Positions 1-6,631 of a stretch of 11,077 nt of DNA are shown here, piece by piece. The DNA is from Armatimonadota bacterium (lineage in GTDB: Bacteria > Armatimonadota > Armatimonadia > Armatimonadales > Armatimonadaceae), in contig JAYUUO010000175.1 of the NCBI GenBank assembly GCA_043754515.1, forward strand, positions 1 through 11,077, read 5' to 3'. The notes under the pieces were generated by a model. The model was not told where the DNA came from. It did not search any database and saw nothing but the letters and a program-made list of their open reading frames with translations. The position numbers and the translations under genes are program-made. The first letter of the stretch is position 1; each line of letters begins with the position of its first letter.

Positions 1-903
1 GGTGTCATCGGCTACTTTGATGCCGACCGCCTTGCGTCCCGTGGTGACCTCGAACAGCGTGATCGCCCCGTTCGCCGCACCGACCGCGAGCGTTTTCCCA
101 TCTGGCGAGAATGTTGCCGCCGTCACGCCCTGCTTCTCGGCGAAGAACACCCGGCCTGCTTCGGTGGTCGCCGGGTTGTAGATCGTCACCTTCGGCCCCG
201 TGGCCACCGCGAGCGATTTACCGTCGGGTGAGAAGGCCACCGCGCCCACCGCGTCGGCGACCTTGACCGACGCGCTGATTAGTCTGCCGCCGCTCCCGGA
301 CTTTCGCGTGGTGTCGAACACCGCGCCCGCTTTGTCGGCGGCTTTCGCGTTTCCCGCGCGCCAAACGCGCACGGTTTTGTCGAACCCGCCGCTCGCGACG
401 CTCCCGCCGTCGGGCGCGAAGGCGACCGCCTCCTGCTCCTGGTCAGTCGCGCTATGGAACGTAAGCAGTGCCTTGTCGCCGGTGGCGGCATAGAAGCGAA
501 CCTCGCCCCCGTACGACAGCGCGACCGCGACCGCTTCGCCGTCGGGGGACACCGCGAGTGCCCGGATCCCGTTCCCGTCGGTGTCAAACGTGCGCGCTAC
601 CTTGCCCCCCTTAACTTCGAGCAGAGTCAGGCCGTCCCGGTCCCCGACGAAGAGATGAGAGCCGTCGCCGGAAAACGCGACGCCGCGCACGTCGCCGACG
701 CCTTGCAGGGTTCGCGCGGGCTGTTCCACGACGGCGACATCATCCGCGACGCGGGCGGCGAGCCCGCCGACGGCGCGGTTCGGGATCTTCCTAGCGGCGT
801 AGCGGACGACGAAGCCGCCGACCACGCACCCTATGATCAGGGTGACGATCAGCGCGGGGTCAACTCGCGGGCGCGGGCGACGAGGCGGGATGTTTTCGCT
901 CAC
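1..903 (-). CDS. WD40-repeat beta-propeller protein with N-terminal membrane anchor (3' end outside window)
   Basis: My own translation, absent from the ORF track because no stop lies in the window. GTG at 903-901, open to position 1: MSENIPPRRPRPRVDPALIVTLIIGCVVGGFVVRYAARK (TM helix), then WD40-type repeats VRGVAFSGDGSHLFVG, IRALAVSPDGEAVAVA, EAVAFAPDGGSVASGGFDKTVRVW, VGAVAFSPDGKSLAVA, VTAATFSPDGKTLAVGAANGAITLFEV. Confidence 0.9.
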   Translation of the reverse strand, partial: MSENIPPRRPRPRVDPALIVTLIIGCVVGGFVVRYAARKIPNRAVGGLAARVADDVAVVEQPARTLQGVGDVRGVAFSGDGSHLFVGDRDGLTLLEVKGGKVARTFDTDGNGIRALAVSPDGEAVAVALSYGGEVRFYAATGDKALLTFHSATDQEQEAVAFAPDGGSVASGGFDKTVRVWRAGNAKAADKAGAVFDTTRKSGSGGRLISASVKVADAVGAVAFSPDGKSLAVATGPKVTIYNPATTEAGRVFFAEKQGVTAATFSPDGKTLAVGAANGAITLFEVTTGRKAVGIKVADDT

Positions 904-918
904 GGCGATTCGCCGGCC

Positions 919-1173
919 TTACCGCGCCGCCGCGCCCGCCACGGTGCTTTTAGCGCGGTAGGCCGCGCTCCCGATCAGCACCGCGCAGAGCAGAGGGTAG
1001 CCGATCGCGGCGGACGCGAGGGCACGCTTCTGGTACATCGGCAGGGTCACGCCGTCATTGAGCGGGAACCCGACGCCGGTGTGGAGCCAGGGCACGACGA
1101 CGAAAATTAGAACCGCCGCGAGCGTACCGTACCAGAGCGCGGTGAGGAGAACGGTGCGGAGCATGGACATCAT
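919..1173 (-). CDS. Small hypothetical membrane protein (2 predicted TM helices)
   Basis: 84-aa ORF with two hydrophobic stretches (VLLTALWYGTLAAVLIFVVVPWL; ALASAAIGYPLLCAVLIGSAAY). It fills the gap between the nuclease gene (4 nt upstream) and the WD40 gene (15 nt downstream). The start could be ATG at 1173, 1170 or 1164. Confidence 0.75.
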   Translation of the reverse strand: MMSMLRTVLLTALWYGTLAAVLIFVVVPWLHTGVGFPLNDGVTLPMYQKRALASAAIGYPLLCAVLIGSAAYRAKSTVAGAAAR

Positions 1174-1177
1174 TGTC

Positions 1178-1756
1178 TTAGAACTCTTCGTCTCGGTTCG
1201 CGTCTTCGATTACATTCTCGGCCATGTAAATCGGGGCGCGGAAGCGGAGCGCGAGTGCGATCGCGTCCGAGGGTCGGGCGTCAATATCCATCGTGGTCTT
1301 ATCGCCCTGCGTAATGGTCACCTTGCTATAGAATGTCCCCTGCCACAGGTCATCAATCGTGATACGCTCCACCTTGCCGCCGAGCCGCTCGATGGCGATC
1401 CGAAGCAAGTCATGCGTCATCGGTCGTTCGGCATTCGGCCCTTCAAGAGCCATCTGAATCGCCAGCGTCTCGAAAGGCCCGATGAATATCGGAGCCTTAC
1501 GCCCGCGATTGTCACGCAATAGCACGAAGGTCTGCTTATACGGCCCGTTCGGGTTTTCCGGGTCGGTCGCGCCCCAGATCCCCATCACCTTGACCTCTTT
1601 TTCGTTCAACGTCCGCTTCACCCGGTTCTCGGTCTCCGCCGAGGTTTCGTAGGGGTTGCTATTCGGGTCAACATGGCGCCCTTCTTGCTCGGGGATGCCC
1701 CCTTTATCATCATAGGGCGACCAGTTCTTAAACAGATCACGCAATTCGTCCGCCAT
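1178..1756 (-). CDS. Bifunctional nuclease family protein (DUF151 / DNase-RNase)
   Basis: Family motifs PIFIGPFE, RPMTHDLL, TFYSKV and DIDARPSDAIALALR..APIY. N-terminal extension of about 50 aa; no C-terminal UVR domain visible. Confidence 0.93.
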   Translation of the reverse strand: MADELRDLFKNWSPYDDKGGIPEQEGRHVDPNSNPYETSAETENRVKRTLNEKEVKVMGIWGATDPENPNGPYKQTFVLLRDNRGRKAPIFIGPFETLAIQMALEGPNAERPMTHDLLRIAIERLGGKVERITIDDLWQGTFYSKVTITQGDKTTMDIDARPSDAIALALRFRAPIYMAENVIEDANRDEEF

Positions 1757-1791
1757 GTCGTGTGTCGCTTTCTTTTTCCGGTTCCGCGCGT

Positions 1792-1797
1792 ATTATA
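1792..1797 (-). promoter_or_regulatory. Putative sigma70-type -10 element (TATAAT) for the nuclease-membrane protein-WD40 unit
   Basis: Perfect TATAAT on the minus strand, 35 nt upstream of the ATG at 1756, in a GC-rich context. No consensus -35. A second candidate, TAGAAT, lies at 1879-1884. Confidence 0.55.
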
Positions 1798-1814
1798 TCG
1801 TTTATGAACAGCGA

Positions 1815-1855
1815 TGCCCGCCGCCGGGACGCGTGGGCGTCACGGACGGCGGGCA
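1815..1855. terminator. Strong GC-rich hairpin downstream of rho (terminator-like or 3'-end stabilising, no U-tract)
   Basis: TGCCCGCCG-CCGGGACGC-gtgg-GCGTCACGG-a-CGGCGGGCA: stem of about 17 bp with one mismatch and one bulge, 44 nt after the rho stop. On the minus strand it is followed by UCGCUGUUC, not oligo-U. Confidence 0.5.
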
Positions 1856-1899
1856 CGAGAACGTATCGCCGGTTGATTATTCTATACGTTCCCCGTCGC

Positions 1900-3666
1900 C
1901 TAATGGTTCTCCTGCGTCGTAGTGCCCGCGCTAGCGCCGCCCGCGTGATGGGCCTGCGCCGCGTTACCCGCCGCCGGGACGCGCCCGACCATACCCAGGA
2001 ACTCCTTGTTCGACGGCGTCTTCTTCAGCCGGTCAATCAAGAGTTCGGTAGACTCCTTGGTGCCGAGACCCGCCAGAACCCGATGCAGTTGCCAGATCTT
2101 CTTCAGTTCGATGTCCGGGTAGAGCAACTCGTCGTGGCGGGTGCCGGACGACTTGATATCAATCGCCGGGTAGATGCGCTGCTCGGCGAGGCCACGGTCG
2201 AGCTTAAGCTCCATGTTACCGGTGCCTTTGAACTCTTCGAAGATGATGTCGTCCATGCGCGATCCGGTTTCGACGAGCGCGGTCGCGATGATCGTTAGCG
2301 AACCACCGTTCTCGATGTTACGCGCCGCGCCGAAGAACCGCTTCGGTCGGTAGATGGCCGCGGGGTCCAAGCCGCCTTGTAGGGTGCGCCCCGAGGGCGT
2401 CACGGTCAGGTTCGAGGCGCGGGCGAAGCGCGTGATCGAGTCGAGCAACAGCACCACGTCCCGACCGAGTTCCACCAGCCGCTTCGCCTTTTCCAGCATC
2501 ATGTCGGCGACGCGCATGTGGTTCTCCGGCGGCTCATCGAATGTCGAGGCTATCACCTCGCCTTTGACCGATCGCTTGATATCGGTGACCTCTTCGGGGC
2601 GCTCGTCAATCAGAAGCACCATCAGCGCGATGTCGGGATGATTCAAGGCGATGCTGTTCGCGATCATCTTGAGCAGGATCGTCTTGCCCGCCTTCGGAGG
2701 GGCGACGACCAGGCCGCGCTGACCCTTGCCGATGGGGGCGATCAGATCCACGAACCGCGCCGCGATGTTGTCCTGGTCCGTTTCCAGCAACAACCGCTCG
2801 TTCGGATAGATCGGCACCAGCTCGTCGAACTGCGGGCGGTTCCGCGCGACTTCGGGGTCCACTCCGTTCACCTGCTCGACGCGCAGGAGGCCGAAAAACT
2901 TCTCGGACTCCTTCGGCGGCCGGATCTGTCCCATCACGTTGTCGCCCGTTTTCAAGCCGAACCGCTTGATCTGAGTTTGCGAGACATAAATGTCCTCGCC
3001 GTTCGCGCTGAAGTTGTTGTGACGCAGGAAGCCGAAGCCCTCGCCGGTGATCTCCAGCACGCCCTGGCCGACGAACTGCTCGTCGCCCTCGTCGAGCCGA
3101 TCCAGATCCTCGCCGCGGACATAGTTCTGTTGCCGCCCACGCACGGGCTGCTGCTGCTGTTGCCCGCGATTCTGGGTGTTGTTACTGTTGTTGGAGCGTC
3201 GGTTGTTGGTGTTGCCGTCGTCATCGCCGTTGCGGTCACGGAACCCGGAACGCGGGGGCCGCATCTCGTACCCGACCCGACCCGCGATAGCGGGGAGCAC
3301 GGGCATGTTGCCCGACTGCTGGGAAGACGCGACCGGCACGACGGGCGTGTCGTTGAGTCCGGGGATGATGAGCGGCGTGATCGGCGAAGCGTTCCTGCCG
3401 AAATCGGCGGGCAATGCCGCGTCGGCGTCCAACTCCTCGGCGGTCACCGTGGAATCCGCCGCCGTGGTGCGGGTGCGCCGGGTTCGCGGGCCCGTCGTCG
3501 TTGTCGCTCGGGTGGAACGGGGTGGCCGGGCGGAAGTGGCCTCCGCGACGCCCGCCGTGGCATCCGCCGCGGCACTCCGGCGGCGGCGCGGCGTCGTGGT
3601 TTCGGCGTTCTCGCCGTCGGAGAGGATAGGGGACGGATCCCCGGTGGTGTTTTCTGTAGATTCCAT
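1900..3666 (-). CDS. rho: Transcription termination factor Rho with long disordered N-terminal region
   Basis: RNA-binding motifs GVLEI..EGFGFLR and [27 protein letters not shown]; Walker [49 protein letters not shown] lies 7 nt upstream of the ATG, and an in-frame TGA immediately precedes the ATG. Confidence 0.99.
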   Translation of the reverse strand: MESTENTTGDPSPILSDGENAETTTPRRRRSAAADATAGVAEATSARPPRSTRATTTTGPRTRRTRTTAADSTVTAEELDADAALPADFGRNASPITPLIIPGLNDTPVVPVASSQQSGNMPVLPAIAGRVGYEMRPPRSGFRDRNGDDDGNTNNRRSNNSNNTQNRGQQQQQPVRGRQQNYVRGEDLDRLDEGDEQFVGQGVLEITGEGFGFLRHNNFSANGEDIYVSQTQIKRFGLKTGDNVMGQIRPPKESEKFFGLLRVEQVNGVDPEVARNRPQFDELVPIYPNERLLLETDQDNIAARFVDLIAPIGKGQRGLVVAPPKAGKTILLKMIANSIALNHPDIALMVLLIDERPEEVTDIKRSVKGEVIASTFDEPPENHMRVADMMLEKAKRLVELGRDVVLLLDSITRFARASNLTVTPSGRTLQGGLDPAAIYRPKRFFGAARNIENGGSLTIIATALVETGSRMDDIIFEEFKGTGNMELKLDRGLAEQRIYPAIDIKSSGTRHDELLYPDIELKKIWQLHRVLAGLGTKESTELLIDRLKKTPSNKEFLGMVGRVPAAGNAAQAHHAGGASAGTTTQENH

Positions 3667-3972
3667 TCAAGCGTCCTTGGTAATAAAAAGTGATTTACCG
3701 GGTGGCGCGATATCACGTCTCGCCTCTGGCAGTCGCGTGGTTTCGAGCCTTTTGAGAAAAGAAACGACGCGGTTCCGGCGATGGAGGCGACATCAGGCAA
3801 CCATCATGTCGTTGTCAAATCCGGTATAAGCAACGACGGGAAAAGGGCAATAGTGATTGCCGGGGCGAACCGACCGGATGAAACGGCATGGTTGACGGGG
3901 TTGAACTGATCGTCACGTCGTCCGACTTGTCTTTCGGGATCAACACCGGGAGGCGGGGTCGGGCGCGGCTCA
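3667..3972 (-). promoter_or_regulatory. Long (~300 nt) structured 5' leader of rho, possible attenuator
   Basis: Lies between a -10 box at 3978-3983 and the rho ATG. Stems visible at 3720-3726/3784-3790, 3734-3744/3761-3771, 3798-3804/3888-3894, 3808-3814/3831-3837 and 3846-3851/3856-3861. The mRNA strand has C>G bias at 3841-3970. Confidence 0.55.
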
Positions 3973-3977
3973 TCACT

Positions 3978-4004
3978 AGTATACCACGCCCGACAGTAAA
4001 TCAA
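3978..4004 (-). promoter_or_regulatory. Putative rho promoter (extended -10 TGgTATACT; possible -35 TTGATT)
   Basis: Minus strand reads TTGATT-15 nt-TATACT, with TG in the extended -10 position. The 15-nt spacer is short, so the extended -10 is the main evidence. Confidence 0.6.
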
Positions 4005-4091
4005 CCATCCCACGCACGCCGAACAGGGAATAGTTTCGCTCGGCCCTGCCGCGCGAGGCGGGCGACAAGCCGAAACAACACGTGCGAGGCA

Positions 4092-4670
4092 CTAGCCGCC
4101 GAACACTACCGGCTTCAAAACGCCGATGTACGGGAGCGAGCGATACTTGCCGAGGTAATCAAGTCCGTAGCCGACCAGATACTCCTCCGGCATCTCAAAC
4201 CCACGGTAATCGGCCAGCGCGGCTACTGCCTCGCGCTTCTCCAGCGGCGTCTTGTCGAGCAGGGTACACACGCGCACCGAGGCGGCGCGGCGCGAGCGCA
4301 GGTTGTCGAGCAGGTAGCGTAGCCGGAGCGATAGCTGCTCGTTCATCACATCCTCGATCACCAGCACGTGGCGCGACTCGACCGGCTCTTCCAGATCTTT
4401 CATAATGCGCACCACGCCGGAGGCTTTCGTGCCCTCGCCGTAGGATCCGACCGCGACGAAATCGAACGACAGAGGAATGTCCATCGCGCGTACCAGGTCC
4501 GCGAGAAAAAGCGTCGCGCCGGTCAGAATCCCGACCAGTACCAGGTCTTTGCCCTCGTAGTCGCGCGAGATCCGCGCCCCGAGCACGCGGACGCGTTCGG
4601 CGATCTGCTCCGCTGTGATCCGCACTTCGGCGACGTCGGGATGTAGTTCGTTTCCGTTTGTTGTTGTCAT
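4092..4670 (-). CDS. HPRT-family (type I phosphoribosyltransferase) protein with degenerate PRPP-binding/catalytic loop
   Basis: Hpt-like throughout: ISRDYEGKDLVLVGIL.G...FLADLVR, SYG...SGVVRI.KDL, HVLVIED, CTLLDK, DYRGFEMPEEYLVGYGLDY..KYRSLPYIG. Start reassigned to ATG 4670 (192 aa), because the ORF-track start at 4832 overlaps the GT2 gene. The symbol hpt is withheld because the active-site motif is altered. Confidence 0.9.
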   Translation of the reverse strand: MTTTNGNELHPDVAEVRITAEQIAERVRVLGARISRDYEGKDLVLVGILTGATLFLADLVRAMDIPLSFDFVAVGSYGEGTKASGVVRIMKDLEEPVESRHVLVIEDVMNEQLSLRLRYLLDNLRSRRAASVRVCTLLDKTPLEKREAVAALADYRGFEMPEEYLVGYGLDYLGKYRSLPYIGVLKPVVFGG

Positions 4671-4689
4671 AAATAGAGCCGTGGTAGTT

Positions 4690-5607
4690 TCACCGCAGTA
4701 CGTCCGTCCACCTGCCAAACCGTCGCCACAGGTAATCCCCGACCGCGAGGCAGAGCACGCGGACGCGCTTATTCTCGCCCCATAGTATCCATACGAGAAA
4801 AAGGCGCAGATCGTCCGCGAAAGCCGTGACACGCCCGATCAGCGAGCCGTGTATTTCCAGAAACAGTAGCGCGTTGCGCCGCATATAGTACAGCGTTTGG
4901 AGCGACCCCGCCCCCGCCGAGCGCGAGCCTTTGTGCAGGAGCCGCGACGAAGGCACCGTGACGCACTTGAAACCGAGGCGGCGGGCGCGGAAGCAAAAAT
5001 CAGTGTCCTCGTAATATAGAAAGTACCGCTCATCAAGCCCGCCCAGTCTCTCCCATACGCCACCCGGTATCAGCATCCCGCAACCCACGATAAAATCTTG
5101 CTCGCGGGGGGCGTGGTGGGCGAAACCGAGAACCAGATCCCCCGCGCCCACCCGCGCCGATTCCGCCCGCCATGTCATCGCGCCGCCCGCCGCCCATACA
5201 GTATCCGGCGCATCGAACCGGCACATCAGGGGGCCGACCACGCCCACCACCGGGCTCGCCTCCGCGTAGGCGACGAGCGGTTCCAAAATCCCCGACTCAA
5301 CCACCGTGTCGTTGTTCAGAAGAAACAGATAGTCCGCGCGGAGCGCGTCCAGCGCGTATCGCGCCCCTAGATTGTTGCCGCCCGCGAAGCCGAGGTTGTT
5401 GCCAGCTTCAATCACGATCACGTTCGGGAACCACTCCCGCACCCGACCCGCCGTCCCGTCGGTCGAGGCGTTGTCCACGACCACGGTTCGGACGCTGGGG
5501 TAAGTTAAGACAGCGACGGACTCTAGACAAGCAAGCGTATCATCCCAGCCGTCGTGGCAGACAATCACGATCATGACGGTGGGCAACGGGATCGTCTCCG
5601 TAATCAT
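4690..5607 (-). CDS. Glycosyltransferase family 2 protein (WbbL/rhamnosyltransferase-like)
   Basis: VVVDNASTDGT, NLGFAGGNNLG, LLNNDTVV, GGLDERYFLYYEDTDFCFRARRLG. The ATG directly abuts the TAG of the upstream gene. Confidence 0.93.
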   Translation of the reverse strand: MITETIPLPTVMIVIVCHDGWDDTLACLESVAVLTYPSVRTVVVDNASTDGTAGRVREWFPNVIVIEAGNNLGFAGGNNLGARYALDALRADYLFLLNNDTVVESGILEPLVAYAEASPVVGVVGPLMCRFDAPDTVWAAGGAMTWRAESARVGAGDLVLGFAHHAPREQDFIVGCGMLIPGGVWERLGGLDERYFLYYEDTDFCFRARRLGFKCVTVPSSRLLHKGSRSAGAGSLQTLYYMRRNALLFLEIHGSLIGRVTAFADDLRLFLVWILWGENKRVRVLCLAVGDYLWRRFGRWTDVLR

Positions 5608-6627
5608 CTACACCGCGATGATGTCGCGGGCGAACCGCTCCATCTCCTCGCGTTGCGGGCTACACTGGAGCAGCAGGAAATCCACGCCGACCGCCTCGAA
5701 CTCGGCGATGCGCTCCTTGACCTGATGGGGAGTGCCGATCAGACCGGAGCGCAAGCCCCGGTTGGACACCGAGTAATCTTCGAGCGACACCTGTTGTTCG
5801 AGCTGGGTTCCGGAAAGCCACTGTTGGTAATTGTCGTAGCCTGCCGCCGACTGCTGGACATCGGTTATCCGCGCCCGCTCGCTCTGCGCGTCGGCTTCGG
5901 TGTCACGTACGATGCTGTACGCGGAGACGCCGAACTTGAGAGGGGGCAACCCCATCCGCCCGCGCCGCGCACGCATGTCGGCGACGCGGGCCGCTATACG
6001 GTCCGGCGGGTCGCCGTGCATGACGTAGCCGTCGCACCGCGCCGCGATCATCTCCTTCGCCGCCTCGGACTCGCCGCCCGCGTATATAAGGGGGCGCGGC
6101 ATTTGCACCGGCTTGGGTTGTAACATGCTGTCTTCGACACGGTAGTATCTCCCCACGAACGAGACGTGATCGCCGCGCCACATGCTGTCGGTGACGTGGA
6201 GCCACTCCTCGGTGCGGGCGTAGCGGTCATCGTGCGTCTCGAACGTCACGCCGTATTTACTCGCCTCGTCCGCCCACCAGGACGAGACGACATTGAGTGA
6301 GAGCCGCCCGCCGCTGATCCGGTCGATATTGGCGGCTTGCTTGGCGAGCAGGGCGGGGGAATGAAACGTCGGGCGGACCGCGACCATGATCTCCTGCGTG
6401 TGGGTGACAGCCGCGAGTGCCGCCGCCGTTGACCACGCGTCGAGCGCGGGCGCGTCCACGCCCTTGATGTCGTTCAGGTTCAACTCTGCGACCAGTGTCA
6501 TGGTGAAGCCGATCTGCTCGGCTCTGATCGCGAGGTCGCGGGAGTATTCCCATGTAGCCGACATACCCTCGTCGGGAACGTTGCGTAGCCACCCGCCGAA
6601 CACGGGGAGCCAGTAGCCATAGCGCAT
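5608..6627 (-). CDS. LLM-class (luciferase-like) flavin-dependent monooxygenase, SsuD/SfnG-like
   Basis: AIRAEQIGF, DAWSTAAALAAVT..QEIMVAVRP, AKQAANIDRISGGRLSLNVVS.W, F.GRYYRVED..LQPKPVQ.PRPLIYAGGES, LIGTPHQVKERIAEFEAVGVD. Confidence 0.92.
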   Translation of the reverse strand: MRYGYWLPVFGGWLRNVPDEGMSATWEYSRDLAIRAEQIGFTMTLVAELNLNDIKGVDAPALDAWSTAAALAAVTHTQEIMVAVRPTFHSPALLAKQAANIDRISGGRLSLNVVSSWWADEASKYGVTFETHDDRYARTEEWLHVTDSMWRGDHVSFVGRYYRVEDSMLQPKPVQMPRPLIYAGGESEAAKEMIAARCDGYVMHGDPPDRIAARVADMRARRGRMGLPPLKFGVSAYSIVRDTEADAQSERARITDVQQSAAGYDNYQQWLSGTQLEQQVSLEDYSVSNRGLRSGLIGTPHQVKERIAEFEAVGVDFLLLQCSPQREEMERFARDIIAV

Positions 6628-6631
6628 GATT

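Noticed and set aside
200..1522. Plus-strand ORFs 200-493, 454-1110, 1058-1522 and minus-strand ORF 279-587
   Set aside because: Shadow frames of the WD40, membrane protein and DUF151 genes, with no recognisable motifs. Long spurious ORFs are expected at high GC.
1859..1891. GAAC...GTTC as a LexA (Cheo) box
   Set aside because: A Cheo box is GAAC-N4-GTTC; the spacing here is 25 nt.
3148..3162. CTG trinucleotide run as a phase-variable repeat
   Set aside because: Only four perfect units, in frame, encoding poly-Gln. It is covered by the N/Q-patch finding.
1762..3829. Long antisense ORFs over rho (1762-2298, 2518-3693 at 391 aa, 3176-3829) and alternative minus frames
   Set aside because: They overlap an unambiguous rho gene and are typical codon-bias mirror ORFs.
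3667..4091. tRNA, tmRNA, 6S, SRP or a known riboswitch in the rho upstream region
   Set aside because: No T-loop, CCA end or aptamer consensus that I can recognise. An Rfam scan is needed to exclude these fully.
3444..4405. ORFs 3444-3800(-), 3804-4013(-), 3888-4322(+) and 4082-4405(+) as genes
   Set aside because: Low-complexity translations overlapping rho, the predicted rho promoter or the HPRT-like gene. The region is better explained as promoter plus leader.
4671..4832. 54-aa N-terminal extension of the HPRT-like ORF
   Set aside because: It overlaps the GT2 3' end in another frame. Hpt similarity begins after ATG 4670.
5608..6627. Naming the LLM sfnG/ssuD or calling it F420-dependent
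   Set aside because: Family-level motifs only. Orthology and cofactor cannot be established by eye, and no reductase or F420 genes are in the window.
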